This document shows, piece by piece, positions 18,546 to 29,142 of a stretch of DNA of 64,000 nucleotides; within the stretch, counting starts at the first letter, position 1; every line of letters begins with the position of its first letter. Both the position numbers and the translations under genes were made by a program. The DNA is taken from positions 1,038 to 65,037 of the forward strand of contig CANQAG010000001.1 of the NCBI GenBank assembly GCA_947588815.1, read 5' to 3'. The DNA comes from an uncultured Bacilli bacterium. GTDB taxonomy: Bacteria; Bacillota_I; Bacilli_A; RFN20; CAG-449. Under the pieces are notes generated by a model. It ran no database searches and was not told where the DNA came from. It was given only the letters and a program-made list of their open reading frames with translations.

Positions 18546-19215
18546 ATTTTATTCCCCCAAATCGACGATCGCGTTTTGAATATTCTTCAAGGACTCTTAA
18601 AAATTGCGGTCGTTTAAAATCCGGCCAATGGTCATCGATAAAAACAAATTCGGCATAAGCGGCTTCATATAGCATGAAGTTAGAAATCCGCATTTCCCCT
18701 GAAGTTCTTACAAGAACATCAATGGGTGGTAAAGCGTGTGACTCCATCGCACTTTCAAAAGTAGATTTATTGATGTCTGCAATTGAAAGAATTCCTTTTT
18801 TCACTTTTGTCGCCAACTCAATAGCAGCGTTAACAATTTCATCTTGACCACCATAATTGAGACAAATATTTAGAATTAAGCCATCATTGTTTTTCGTGAT
18901 TTCTTTAGCTTGTCTTATCGCTTCTTGAGCGGACGCAGGCAATCTTGTCAAATCCCCTAAAGTCATTACTTTAGCGCGATGTTCGTTAAGTTCATCAATC
19001 TCGTCGCGAAAAAAGGATTCCAATAACTTAAATAAATAATCAATCTCCTTTTGGTCTCTTTTCCAATTTTCAGTTGAAAAACAAAATAAAGACATTACTT
19101 TTATATTAAATTCTTCACATAAAAATGCAGTTTCTTTAATTCTTTTGCAACCTTCACGATGTCCCATAGAGCGTGGTAATCCCCGCCTTTTAGCCCAGCG
19201 ACCATTACCATCCAT
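18532..19215 (-). CDS. uppS: Isoprenyl transferase / undecaprenyl diphosphate synthase (cis-prenyltransferase)
   Basis: The ATG-delimited ORF begins MDGNGRWA, which is internal to the UppS HIAxIMDGNGRWA motif. The upstream in-frame sequence (...KPINHIAFIMDGNG) is open to about 19260 with a GGAGGG RBS near 19275, so the true start is probably non-ATG near 19250-19260. Confidence 0.85.
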   Translation of the reverse strand: MDGNGRWAKRRGLPRSMGHREGCKRIKETAFLCEEFNIKVMSLFCFSTENWKRDQKEIDYLFKLLESFFRDEIDELNEHRAKVMTLGDLTRLPASAQEAIRQAKEITKNNDGLILNICLNYGGQDEIVNAAIELATKVKKGILSIADINKSTFESAMESHALPPIDVLVRTSGEMRISNFMLYEAAYAEFVFIDDHWPDFKRPQFLRVLEEYSKRDRRFGGIKYESK

Positions 19216-19689
19216 AATAAAAGCAATATGATTAATCGGTTTATAAACGATATTTTGATTCGGTTTAGTTTTTTTGAAGAGTGCCGTAAAGATCCCTCCT
19301 CTCTTTGCTATAATTATACATTAAGCGTAGAAATATAAAAATAATATTTTTATATTTTTGTCGTTTACCTTCGGTATATAAGTTTAAATTTCATTATCAA
19401 TTTTTGGCATTTTCAATTTAAGTCAACAACTTAGGTAAATATATAAGACAACTTTTTTAATATATATAAAGTTTGTTTTATCTTTTAGCTCAAATAAAAT
19501 TTGAAAATTTTTAGTTTTTAAATTTAAATAAAAATAACTATTGCTCAATTTGATTTTGCATTGATCAAAATTTTACTTCATTACATAAAATAAAAATACC
19601 TCCAAAGTAGGTTTAGATTTGCAGTTGGAATTTATTTTATTTTTGCAATTTGTTTTTATCTACTATGGAAGTATTATAAAGATCACTTA

Positions 19690-20241
19690 TTAAAGTGTCA
19701 TGATGTCTTTTTCTTTTTCAGCGTATTCAGCATCGATTTTTTTGACGAATTCGTCGGTGATTTTTTGAACTTCATCTTCAAGGGATTTTCTCAAATCTTC
19801 GGGAAGTTCTTTATCCTTTTTTAATTCATCGTTTTGCTCTCTTCGAATATTGCGAATCGCAACTTTAGCATCTTCGGCATATCTTTTCGCGGTCTTGGCT
19901 AAATCTTTTCTCCGTTCTTCAGTGAGAGCAGGAATCACAAGACGAATGGTATTTCCGTCATTGATTGGATTAATGCCTAAATCGGAACTATTAATCGCAC
20001 CGAGAATTAATTTTAAAGTTTCGCGATCGTAAGGCTTAATTAATAGTTGCCGTGGTTCCGGAACCGATATCGACGCCACTTGATTAAGCGGTGTCATGGA
20101 TCCGTAATAGTCAATTTCGATGCGGTCAAGTAAAGTCGGCGAGACTCTGCCAGTTCTTAAAGTGTTGAAATTGTTTTTTAATGATTCAATGCTTTTTTGC
20201 ATTTTTTCACGAGTTTCTTCGATAATGATTTCCTCTATCAT
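19690..20241 (-). CDS. frr: Ribosome recycling factor
   Basis: 183 aa with full-length similarity to the RRF family (e.g. ...LNQVASISVPEPRQL...). Confidence 0.9.
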   Translation of the reverse strand: MIEEIIIEETREKMQKSIESLKNNFNTLRTGRVSPTLLDRIEIDYYGSMTPLNQVASISVPEPRQLLIKPYDRETLKLILGAINSSDLGINPINDGNTIRLVIPALTEERRKDLAKTAKRYAEDAKVAIRNIRREQNDELKKDKELPEDLRKSLEDEVQKITDEFVKKIDAEYAEKEKDIMTL

Positions 20242-20246
20242 AATAA

Positions 20247-20972
20247 TTATATCTCCTTTTTAATAGTTGTTCCGATATCTTCGCCATCGAGTATTTTTTC
20301 AAAATTTTCCAATTTATCCATATTGAAAACCCGAAGTTCAATGTTTGTATTCATACATAATGATAAAGCGGTGTTATCCATAACGCCAAGATCTTTCGCT
20401 AACATATCTTTATAAGAAAGTTTAGGGAAGAAAACGGCATCAGGATTTCTTTTAGGATCGGCAGAATAAACACCGTCAACGCCATTTTTAGCCATCATAA
20501 TCGCGTCGCATTCCATTTCATTGGCCCTTAATGCCGCGGTCGTATCGGTTGTAAAATATGGGATTCCGGTTCCACCACCAAAGATTACCACACGATTTTT
20601 TTCCAGATGGCGAATCGCTCTTCTTCTAATATATGGTTCAGCGACTTCTTTTATTTCAAACGAAGTCATCACTCGCGATTGAACTCCGATATTTTCCAAA
20701 GATGATTGTAACGCAAGCGCGTTAATAATCGTACCTAGCATTCCCATATGATCGGCGGTAGTTCTTTCTACTCCGATTGAATCTGCGAGTTTACCACGCC
20801 AAATATTCCCAGCACCAACCACAACGCAGACATCGACGCCACGATTAACCATAAGTCTTATGGCCATGGCTACTTCTTTTAGACGCTTCGCTTCCAATAT
20901 ACCATTATTGGCATGATCGGCCAAAGCTTCGCCACTGAGTTTGACTAGAACGCGATTGTATTTGTTTGCCAT
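20247..20972 (-). CDS. pyrH: UMP kinase
   Basis: 241 aa. Amino-acid-kinase fold, VLVKLSGEAL N-terminus, GGGTG motif. Confidence 0.9.
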   Translation of the reverse strand: MANKYNRVLVKLSGEALADHANNGILEAKRLKEVAMAIRLMVNRGVDVCVVVGAGNIWRGKLADSIGVERTTADHMGMLGTIINALALQSSLENIGVQSRVMTSFEIKEVAEPYIRRRAIRHLEKNRVVIFGGGTGIPYFTTDTTAALRANEMECDAIMMAKNGVDGVYSADPKRNPDAVFFPKLSYKDMLAKDLGVMDNTALSLCMNTNIELRVFNMDKLENFEKILDGEDIGTTIKKEI

Positions 20973-21026
20973 TTATTATTGCTCCCTTCTCACTTATAAA
21001 AAGCACTCTTAAAAGAGTGCCTTTTG

Positions 21027-21899
21027 TCAGTTATTCATTTGTTTTGCAACTTCTTCCGCAAAGTTTTCTTCGCGTTTAGCGATTCCTTCACCGACTGCAT
21101 AACGTACAAATTTTACAACTTGAGCGTTGTGACTCTTCAAGAAATTACCAACTTTATTTCCCGCATCTAGCAAATAGTCTTGTTCGACTAAAACCGATTC
21201 GGCAAAATATTTGTTAACTTTTCCTTGAATAATTTTAGTAATGACTTCTTGCGGTTTACCGGCAAGTTTAGGATCGGACTTACTGGCTTCTAATTGAATT
21301 TTTGTTTCATTTTCAATCGCTTCAGCAGGAATATCTTCGGTTGTCACATACGAAGGATTGTTAGCGGCAATATGCATCGCAACGCCTTTGGCCAATTCAT
21401 CGTCACCGCCGGAGACAAGAGCCAGTACCGAAATTTTACCGCCCATATGAATATAAGCACCAAAATGCTCAGAAGCTTTTTTGGTTACGATTTCAAATCT
21501 TCTAAAATCAAGTTTTTCACCGATTTTAACGGTAGCGTTAGTGAAAAGTTCCGCCGTTAAATCTTTGGCACAATTGATACAGCCCGGTTTCTTTTCTAAA
21601 ACTAAGTCAGCTACATCTACCACCAATTTTTTGAAATCATCGCTTTTGGCAACGAAATCTGTTTCACTGTTAATTTCAAGAATGACGGCTTCATCGCCTT
21701 TAGCGACAACATAAGTTAAACCTTCAGCAGCAATACGCGAAGCCTTTTTGGCCGCTTTGGCAATGCCTTTTTCACGAAGCCATTCGCAAGCCTTTTCAAC
21801 ATCACAATCGGTTTCCAATAAGGCTTTTTTGCAATCAAGCATTCCAGCCCCGGTGCGATCACGTAAAACTTTAATTAATTCGATAATATTGCTGGCCAT
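21027..21899 (-). CDS. tsf: Translation elongation factor Ts
   Basis: 290 aa. N-terminal UBA-like LRxxTGAGMLDCKKAL signature and EF-Ts dimerisation domains. Confidence 0.9.
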   Translation of the reverse strand: MASNIIELIKVLRDRTGAGMLDCKKALLETDCDVEKACEWLREKGIAKAAKKASRIAAEGLTYVVAKGDEAVILEINSETDFVAKSDDFKKLVVDVADLVLEKKPGCINCAKDLTAELFTNATVKIGEKLDFRRFEIVTKKASEHFGAYIHMGGKISVLALVSGGDDELAKGVAMHIAANNPSYVTTEDIPAEAIENETKIQLEASKSDPKLAGKPQEVITKIIQGKVNKYFAESVLVEQDYLLDAGNKVGNFLKSHNAQVVKFVRYAVGEGIAKREENFAEEVAKQMNN

Positions 21900-21902
21900 A
21901 GT

Positions 21903-23051
21903 TTACTCCTTATCTGCTACCGTTTCTTCTACCGCTTCTTCTTTTTTCTCTTCTTTCACTGCTTCTTTAACAGTTTCTTTAGCGGGTTCTTTAGCAACTT
22001 TTTTTCTGGTCTTTTTAACTTTGACCTCTTCTTGAACAGGTTCTTCCGGTTTAACTTCTTCTTTTACTTCTTCAGCCGGTTTTTCTTCTTGAACTTTTGG
22101 AGCTTTTTCAACTGGTTTTTTAAAAGGTTTACGAGACGGTTTTTTCTTACCTTGTTGAGCGTCTTCACGCGCTTTTTGACGAATTTGTTTTAATTCTTCA
22201 GCGCGATCGGCTTGTTCAAGAGCGACATCCATCGAAACTTCATCTTCAGGATTGACATTGTAAGCAGTGACAGTTTGACCACCTTTAGCTTCAACGACGG
22301 CATCCGCCATTAAACCGACGATAAGTCTTACCGCACGAACCGCATCATCATTTGATGGGATCACATAATCGACTAAATCCGGATCACAGTTAGTATCAAC
22401 AATACCGAAAACCGGAATCCGCAATTTGCGAGCTTCGCTTACCGCATTGTGTTCCAAACGAGGATCAACGACAAATAAAGCATTCGGAATCTTCCTCATG
22501 GATTTAATACCATCGAGATTCTTCAATAATTTTTCTTTTTCTTTTCTTAATAAAATCGCTTCTTTTTTAGGAAGAACATCGTATGATCCGTCTTCTTCCA
22601 TCGCTTCTAATTTATTGAGATACTTAATTCTTTTTTGAATGGTTTTAAAGTTGGTAAGAGTTCCACCCAACCAACGGGTTACAACATAAAATGATCCAGA
22701 GCGTAACGCTTCTTCTTGAATAATTTCTTGACATTGTTTTTTAGTACCGACAAAGAGCACTTTTCCACCATCGAGAACAATTTTCTTTAAAGCCAAGTAT
22801 GCTTCTTGAATCTTTTGAGCACTCTTGACTAAATCGATAATGTGGATTCCGTTCTTACTACCATAGATGTATTTGCCCATTTTCGGATTCCATCTACGTG
22901 TTTGATGTCCGAAATGTACACCTGCTTCAAGCAGGGCTTTGGTTGAAACAATCGCATCTTCTTCGTTATGTACGACCATTTCCATGATGTTGTTTGAAGC
23001 CACTTCTTCTTTGGCTTCTTCTTCGACTAAAACTTCTTGTTCTTCACTCAT
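21903..23051 (-). CDS. rpsB: 30S ribosomal protein S2 with an N-terminal acidic extension and a C-terminal K/E-rich extension of about 110 aa
   Basis: The core [19 protein letters not shown]... matches S2. The ORF is 382 aa versus about 250 aa typical. Its C-terminus is a lysine/glutamate/proline low-complexity tail. Confidence 0.9.
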   Translation of the reverse strand: MSEEQEVLVEEEAKEEVASNNIMEMVVHNEEDAIVSTKALLEAGVHFGHQTRRWNPKMGKYIYGSKNGIHIIDLVKSAQKIQEAYLALKKIVLDGGKVLFVGTKKQCQEIIQEEALRSGSFYVVTRWLGGTLTNFKTIQKRIKYLNKLEAMEEDGSYDVLPKKEAILLRKEKEKLLKNLDGIKSMRKIPNALFVVDPRLEHNAVSEARKLRIPVFGIVDTNCDPDLVDYVIPSNDDAVRAVRLIVGLMADAVVEAKGGQTVTAYNVNPEDEVSMDVALEQADRAEELKQIRQKAREDAQQGKKKPSRKPFKKPVEKAPKVQEEKPAEEVKEEVKPEEPVQEEVKVKKTRKKVAKEPAKETVKEAVKEEKKEEAVEETVADKE

Positions 23052-23233
23052 TTTTTGAGTTCCTCCTTTTGTTATTTACCTCTTTCACTTCGAACAACTA
23101 CCCTAAAGATTCTTTCTTTAGACGCGGCGGTTGAATCCATGAAATGTGTTGTCTCCCTAACCGAGAGCCATATAATTTTATCATAGGCTTGTCACTTAAA
23201 CAACAACTTTTTGCCGATTATTTCCTATTTTGC

Positions 23234-24154
23234 TTAGTTTTTTTCCCCTTTTTTGGCTCTTGGAAAACTAATATCGTATATTTTTTTCATTTGTTCCAAA
23301 GAGACGTGCGTATAAATCTGTGTGGTTGACAATGATTCGTGACCTAAAATTTCTTGAATCGTTTTTAAATCAGCCCCTTGATTCAACAAATGTGTAGCAA
23401 AGCTATGGCGAAATTTATGAGGATGTAATTTTAAATAAACTCCTGTTTTTTCTTCAATTGAATGAAGAATATACTCTACTCCACGTGATGTAAGTTGTTC
23501 ACCTTGATCATTTAAAAATACATAATTTAAGTTGATTGATTCTTTATTCTTGCTTAATAATTTTTTTCTCAAACCCTCAAGATAAATATTTAAAGACTTA
23601 ATCGCATTTTGTGAAATGGGCACCAATCGTTCTTTTCCTCGCTTACCTATGATATGCATAAACCGTTGCCGAAAATTAATATCTTGCAAGGTCAAAGAAG
23701 TTAATTCGCTGACTCTTAAGCCAGAAGCAAACAATAATTCAATTATGGCTTGATCTCGATCTTTTAAATAATCATCACGTTCGTTATTAGCTTTAAACAA
23801 TTGTTCTATTTCATTTGAATACATAAAATCCGGAAGATTTTTATCAGCTTTCGGTTTCACGATATTTAAAAAAGGATTTTTATCAATATATTTGTTTTTA
23901 ACCAACCATTCAAAAGCTTGTTTTAAAGCTGTGATTTTTCGTTGCAAAGACCGTTTGGAAATTCCTCTTGTAACTTCATACCGCATGTAATTTCTAATAA
24001 GAGTTTTATCTATTTGTTTTAAAGTATAATTTTCATCATTCGCATATTTTAAAAATTGCTCCACATCATTTCTGTATGCGGCAATCGTATGAGGAGAGTA
24101 TTTCTTCTGTTGCTTTAAATAAATATTAAAATAATTATTTAAGATCTCAATCAT
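23234..24154 (-). CDS. xerC: Tyrosine site-specific recombinase XerC/XerD family (chromosome dimer resolution)
   Basis: 306 aa. N-terminal SAM-like domain; catalytic R...HxxR...Y (HKFRHSFATHLL, LGHESLSTTQIYTHV). Conserved dprA-topA-trmFO-xerC synteny as in Bacillus. Confidence 0.85.
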   Translation of the reverse strand: MIEILNNYFNIYLKQQKKYSPHTIAAYRNDVEQFLKYANDENYTLKQIDKTLIRNYMRYEVTRGISKRSLQRKITALKQAFEWLVKNKYIDKNPFLNIVKPKADKNLPDFMYSNEIEQLFKANNERDDYLKDRDQAIIELLFASGLRVSELTSLTLQDINFRQRFMHIIGKRGKERLVPISQNAIKSLNIYLEGLRKKLLSKNKESINLNYVFLNDQGEQLTSRGVEYILHSIEEKTGVYLKLHPHKFRHSFATHLLNQGADLKTIQEILGHESLSTTQIYTHVSLEQMKKIYDISFPRAKKGEKN

Positions 24155-25430
24155 TCAAAAACTCCTTTAAAGCTTTAAGGGCTTGCTCTGCGGCGATCTC
24201 TTTGTCTTTAGGGCAATTGTAAACTATTCCGAAATTAGCGTTCATCGGCGCAAAATTTTTAGCTGAAGTCTTCATTAAATAATTGATTAAAGAACCGCTC
24301 ATCGTCTCAATCGGAAAATTGCGCATCGGTTTATTTTTTAATCTTCTTTCAAGGTAAAAAGCCGCGATAAGTCCGCTCATCGCCGATTCAACATATCCTT
24401 CCACTCCGGATAATTGTCCCCCGATAAAAATATCAGGGTCACATTTTAACGAAAAATCGCTATTTAAAACTTTCGGAGCACAAATAAAAGTATTGCGGTG
24501 CATTAAACCATATCGATAAAACTCGGCGTTTGCTAACCCGGGAATCAAGCGAAAAACTCGGCGTTGTTCCCCATAAGTAAGATTGGTTTGAAACCCGACC
24601 ATATTATAAAGCGAGGCTGAAGCATTGTCTTGACGCAATTGCAATACCGCATATGGTCTCATTCCGCTTTTTTCAAGTCCCATCGGTTTTAAAGGACCAT
24701 ATCGTAAAGTTTTTTCGCCCCGTTTAGCCATCACTTCAATCGGCATACAACCTTCGAAAACTTTATCAAAATCATGTAGTGACGCTACTTGAGCGTTTAT
24801 TAACTCGGCATAAAATTTTTCATATTGTTCTTTGGTAAACGGACAATTTATATAAGAATCGTCTCCTTGATCATAACGAGATTTACGATAGCAAATATTC
24901 ATGTCTAATGAGTCGTAAGCGATAATCGGGGCTGCCGCATCATAAAAAAACATCATTTCTTCACCGATTTTATTTTGAAGCGCCTTTATTAAATTATCGC
25001 TAGTCAAAGGTCCGGTACAGATAAGGTTATATCCTTTTTTGAAATCCTCGACTTCTTCTTCGTAAATGGTAATCAACGGTTCGCTTTTTATTTTTTCAGT
25101 CAGATATGAAGCAAATTGATCGCGATCGACTGCTAAAGCGTTACCCGAAGGAACTTTATTTACTTCAGCTGCTTCCATCGTTAAAGAACCTAAAAGCCGT
25201 AATTCTTCTTTTAAAAGTCCACAGGCATTGTCTAATCGATTGCTTTTTAAAGAATTGGAACAAACCAATTCTCCGAAATTGTCGCTATGATGCGCGGGGC
25301 TTTTAGTATGTGGTTTTTGTTCAAACAAATTTACTTTAAAGCCATGACGGGCTAAATAATAACTCGCTTCCACACCCGCTAAACCGGCGCCTATCACATT
25401 AATCGTTTTCTGATCCATATTCTTCCTCAA
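24147..25430 (-). CDS. trmFO: Methylenetetrahydrofolate--tRNA-(uracil54-C5)-methyltransferase TrmFO (Gid)
   Basis: 427 aa. N-terminal FAD-binding GAGLAG motif; GidA-like fold; synteny with topA. Confidence 0.9.
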   Translation of the reverse strand: MRKNMDQKTINVIGAGLAGVEASYYLARHGFKVNLFEQKPHTKSPAHHSDNFGELVCSNSLKSNRLDNACGLLKEELRLLGSLTMEAAEVNKVPSGNALAVDRDQFASYLTEKIKSEPLITIYEEEVEDFKKGYNLICTGPLTSDNLIKALQNKIGEEMMFFYDAAAPIIAYDSLDMNICYRKSRYDQGDDSYINCPFTKEQYEKFYAELINAQVASLHDFDKVFEGCMPIEVMAKRGEKTLRYGPLKPMGLEKSGMRPYAVLQLRQDNASASLYNMVGFQTNLTYGEQRRVFRLIPGLANAEFYRYGLMHRNTFICAPKVLNSDFSLKCDPDIFIGGQLSGVEGYVESAMSGLIAAFYLERRLKNKPMRNFPIETMSGSLINYLMKTSAKNFAPMNANFGIVYNCPKDKEIAAEQALKALKEFLND

Positions 25431-25486
25431 AAAACATTATAGCATTTATCATAAAAAAACAGGATGATTTCCTGTTTTGAATTATT

Positions 25487-27562
25487 TTATTTTTTTATTG
25501 ATTCAGTATAACGGCATTTTGGAAAATTAGAACAAGCGATAAAATCACTTTTTTTACCTACTCCTTTTCGAATCAGCAAAGTGCCACCGCATTTAGGACA
25601 CACGCGATTTTCAATTTCAATCGGTTTGTCTTTAACTTTTTCTTTACTTTCAATGTAGTTGCATTGCGGATAACCGCTGCAACCATAAAATTCGCCTCTT
25701 TTTGATTTACGGAGAACCAATGGTTTTCCACATTTTGGACAAAGTTTATCTTCATTAATTTGCGGTTGTTCCTTTTCTTCTTTTTTTACGTAGTGACATT
25801 CAGGGTATCCAGAACAAGCGATAAACACCCCAAATCTTGAAGATTTCAATTCCAAGTCCCTACCGCAAACTGGGCACTTGCCATAAGATTCAACCCAAGT
25901 TTCACTCGCATTTTCATAAAGTTTTTGAAATGAACTATAAAATTGATTAAGCAACGTCAATCGAGAAGAAGAACCTTCAACGATGTTATCCAACAAAGTT
26001 TCCATCTTCGCGGTAAATTTTTCATCCATAAAAGTCGGAAAATATTTTTCGAGTCGATCAGTGGTGAGCATTCCTTGTTTTGAGGGAATCAAAGCACCAT
26101 TTTCGGCTTTGATATATTCTCGTTTATATAAAGTCGAAATCGTCGAAGCGTAAGTTGATGGTCTTCCGATACCGACTTCTTCCATCGTTTTTACAAGACG
26201 CGCTTCAGTAAATCTTGAGGGAGCTTTCGTAAAATGTTGTTCTTTGACAAATTCATCGACATCGTAAGTCAAGCCTTCTTTAAACTCCGGCAAAGATTTC
26301 GTGTCATCTTCTTCTACATTATAGATCTTTGTAAAACCATCAAAAACCAAAACTGAGCCCTCAGTTTTAAACTCATAATCTTTATTAGTGAGTTTTACTG
26401 AAGTATTTTCATCAATTCTAGGTGCCATTAACGAAGCTAAGGCGCGATTATAAATAAGCGTATAGAGGTTGTATAAATCTCGAGACAAATATTCTTTCAT
26501 TTTTGAAGGAGTATTCAATAAAGAAGTCGGTCTTATCGCTTCGTGAGCATCTTGTACTTGACCTTTTTGACTTTTACGAATTTTGGCGTGGCCAAGATAT
26601 TGCTTGCCATATTCATTTTCAATGAATTCATTGGCACTATTAATGAATTCGGGAGATAAACGAACCGAATCAGTTCTCATATAAGTGATAAGTCCCATAG
26701 TTTCAGAACCTAATTCGATTCCTTCGTATAATTTTTGGGCCAACAACGATGTTTTAGCTGTTGAAAATTTGTATCGATTATAAGCCTCTTGTTGCAAAGT
26801 AGAGGTCGTAAAAGGAGGTTTGGATTCAATCTTTTTAGTTGTTTTTTTAACTTGACTGCAAATAAAAGTGCGCGGCAAATCCGTTAAAATCTCATTTGCT
26901 TCCGCTTCATTTTTAATTTTGAGATCTTTATCGGCTTTCTTGTCGAGTTTAGCGGTAAATGACTTATGATTAAAAGAGGCTTCAATGGTCCAATATTCTT
27001 CCGGAACAAAAGACTGCACTTCTTTTTCCCGATCGGTAATAAGCTTTAAGGCCACCGATTGAACTCTTCCCGCTGAAATCGAACCGATCTTTCTTTTGAG
27101 CATAGTCGATAATTTAAAGCCCATGATGCGATCGATTATTCGCCTTGTTTCTTGACTTGATACTAAATTCAAATCGATGGTTCGAGGATTATCAAGGGCT
27201 TTCATAATAGCCGGTTTGGTAATTTCATGAAATTCAAGTCGTTTAGTGTTTTTTATATCGAGGTTCAAAACTTCCGCTAAATGCCACGATATCGCTTCAC
27301 CTTCACGATCAGGGTCGGTTGCTAAGATGATTTCATCCGCTTTTTTGGCTTCTTTTTTTAATGAAGCCACGACTCTTTTTTTATCTTCGCTTACTATATA
27401 AGTTGGTTTAAAATCATGTTCAATATCAACGCCAAGTCCGCCTTGACCCGTAGTCGATAAATCGCGAATATGTCCGTATGAAGCCATCACTTTATAATCG
27501 GAACCTAAATATTTTTCGATCGTGTGACTTTTAGCAGGTGATTCAACAATGACAAGTTTCAT
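25487..27562 (-). CDS. topA: DNA topoisomerase I with C-terminal zinc-ribbon repeats
   Basis: 691 aa. TOPRIM N-terminus (MKLVIVESPAKS), active-site Tyr region (GLITYMRTDS), three C4 zinc ribbons (CPxCG...). Confidence 0.95.
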   Translation of the reverse strand: MKLVIVESPAKSHTIEKYLGSDYKVMASYGHIRDLSTTGQGGLGVDIEHDFKPTYIVSEDKKRVVASLKKEAKKADEIILATDPDREGEAISWHLAEVLNLDIKNTKRLEFHEITKPAIMKALDNPRTIDLNLVSSQETRRIIDRIMGFKLSTMLKRKIGSISAGRVQSVALKLITDREKEVQSFVPEEYWTIEASFNHKSFTAKLDKKADKDLKIKNEAEANEILTDLPRTFICSQVKKTTKKIESKPPFTTSTLQQEAYNRYKFSTAKTSLLAQKLYEGIELGSETMGLITYMRTDSVRLSPEFINSANEFIENEYGKQYLGHAKIRKSQKGQVQDAHEAIRPTSLLNTPSKMKEYLSRDLYNLYTLIYNRALASLMAPRIDENTSVKLTNKDYEFKTEGSVLVFDGFTKIYNVEEDDTKSLPEFKEGLTYDVDEFVKEQHFTKAPSRFTEARLVKTMEEVGIGRPSTYASTISTLYKREYIKAENGALIPSKQGMLTTDRLEKYFPTFMDEKFTAKMETLLDNIVEGSSSRLTLLNQFYSSFQKLYENASETWVESYGKCPVCGRDLELKSSRFGVFIACSGYPECHYVKKEEKEQPQINEDKLCPKCGKPLVLRKSKRGEFYGCSGYPQCNYIESKEKVKDKPIEIENRVCPKCGGTLLIRKGVGKKSDFIACSNFPKCRYTESIKK

Positions 27563-27680
27563 TATTACTCCTCCTAACTTCTAATAAATTTAATCATCTA
27601 ATAGAGCATTGTCAAGTGTAATAGAACGACTTTTTTTCGACAAAATCTCTTTATTATTAAAGATAATAATAAAAAATTTT

Positions 27681-28454
27681 TTAATGAAATTCAGATAATA
27701 TCTCATGACCGGAACAAACGAGGATGGCGCCTTCTTTGATAAGCCGATTGCAAATCGAATTATCAAATATCGATGATGGCACACAAAAGATATCGCGACC
27801 ACTTTCAAGGCCATAATTAATTGTAGAAATCGTTCCTGACTTTGGCTTAGCTTCAACAACCACGATTCCAGCCGCCAATCCCGCGATAATGCGATTTCGC
27901 ATTGGAAAGGAGTCTTTTACATATGCATTTTGCGGAGGATATTCACTGATTATTAAGCCTTCTTCATTTAATCTTTTATATAAGTTTTCATTTTCTTGTG
28001 GATAGCAATAATCAATACCCGTTCCTAAAACGGCGATAGTATAGCCATCTTCCTCTAAAGCAGTTTGATGCGCGATGGCGTCGATCCCTCGAGCCATTCC
28101 TGAAACAATAACCACTTCTTCCTCTTCAATTAATTCTTTAACAATTTTCTTCGTGGCTTTTTTACCATACGAAGAAGCGTTACGAGAACCGATTATCGCT
28201 AGTCGCGGACTAAGATTAAGCAATTCGATTCTTCCGCGATAAAATAATACAAAAGGTGGTTTTGAAACATTTTTCAATGACATCGGATATAAATCATCGA
28301 TTAAAGTAAAGTAAGATTCATGACAATTTTCAATCATTCCGCGAGCTATGCTTTCATCGATTTTTTCTTTGCGCTTTAAACAATCGTAAATCGCATCCCA
28401 ATTACCATGATGCTTAAGGGAATAATATAGAAGAATTTCTTGAAAAGTCAGCAT
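27681..28454 (-). CDS. dprA: DNA processing protein DprA/Smf (Rossmann-like DNA-protecting protein)
   Basis: 257 aa. Conserved GxARGID motif (SGMARGIDAIAH). Positioned upstream of topA as in Firmicutes. Confidence 0.85.
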   Translation of the reverse strand: MLTFQEILLYYSLKHHGNWDAIYDCLKRKEKIDESIARGMIENCHESYFTLIDDLYPMSLKNVSKPPFVLFYRGRIELLNLSPRLAIIGSRNASSYGKKATKKIVKELIEEEEVVIVSGMARGIDAIAHQTALEEDGYTIAVLGTGIDYCYPQENENLYKRLNEEGLIISEYPPQNAYVKDSFPMRNRIIAGLAAGIVVVEAKPKSGTISTINYGLESGRDIFCVPSSIFDNSICNRLIKEGAILVCSGHEILSEFH

Positions 28455-28500
28455 ATAAAAAACCTCCTCATTAAATAAATAAGGAGATTTGAAATAATTT

Positions 28501-29142
28501 TTAAAATAATGGAATTTTTTGTCGTAATTCTTTTACCGGTCCATAAGAATAGCGATAAACACCGGGTATGGCTCCGTATTTTTGTAATGATAAAAGATGC
28601 TCTTTGGTCGGATATCCCTTATGTTTAGCAAATCCATATTGGGGATATTGTTTGTCAAGTTCAATCATAATATCATCACGAGTAACTTTAGCTAAGATAC
28701 TCGCCGCCGCAATTGATAAAGCTTTGGCATCACCTTTAATGATATTTTCTTGAGGAATCGCAATATTTTTAAGCGGCATCGCATCTGTCAAAATATAATC
28801 CGGTTTTACTTGAAGACGCTTTACCGATTCAAACATCGCCAAACGACTGGCTTCATAAATGTTGATTTCATCGATTTTTTCTGGAGAAATAATGGTAATT
28901 TCGTAAGCGAGGGCATTTTCTTTTATTTCTTGAAAAAGTTTGCGCCTTTTTTTATCCGATAATTTCTTTGAATCATCGATTTCGTCATTGCGATAATTTT
29001 TATCAAATATAACTGCCGCCGCGACTACCGGTCCTGCTAAAGGGCCACGCCCGGCTTCGTCACATCCGGCGATAAACGTATATCCTTTTTTATAAAGAGC
29101 ACGCTCATAATCAAGACTCATAAGGTACCTCATCAAGGACAA
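28501..29142 (-). CDS. rnhB: Ribonuclease HII
   Basis: 213 aa. DEAGRGPLAGPVV catalytic N-terminal motif. Confidence 0.9.
   Translation of the reverse strand: MSLMRYLMSLDYERALYKKGYTFIAGCDEAGRGPLAGPVVAAAVIFDKNYRNDEIDDSKKLSDKKRRKLFQEIKENALAYEITIISPEKIDEINIYEASRLAMFESVKRLQVKPDYILTDAMPLKNIAIPQENIIKGDAKALSIAAASILAKVTRDDIMIELDKQYPQYGFAKHKGYPTKEHLLSLQKYGAIPGVYRYSYGPVKELRQKIPLF

Noticed and set aside
19216-19689. 470-bp frr-uppS intergenic region inspected for a riboswitch, T-box or small RNA
   Set aside because: It is AT-rich with promoter-like elements for uppS (TATAAT near 19309-19316 on the minus strand). I found no recognisable T-box specifier/antiterminator and no riboswitch core by eye. The extent depends on the unresolved uppS start.
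23234-24154. Tyrosine recombinase considered as a possible driver of hsdS phase variation or as an island integrase
   Set aside because: It is 17 kb from the R-M locus. It sits in the conserved housekeeping dprA-topA-trmFO-xerC arrangement and has the XerC/XerD domain layout. It is the chromosomal dimer-resolution recombinase.
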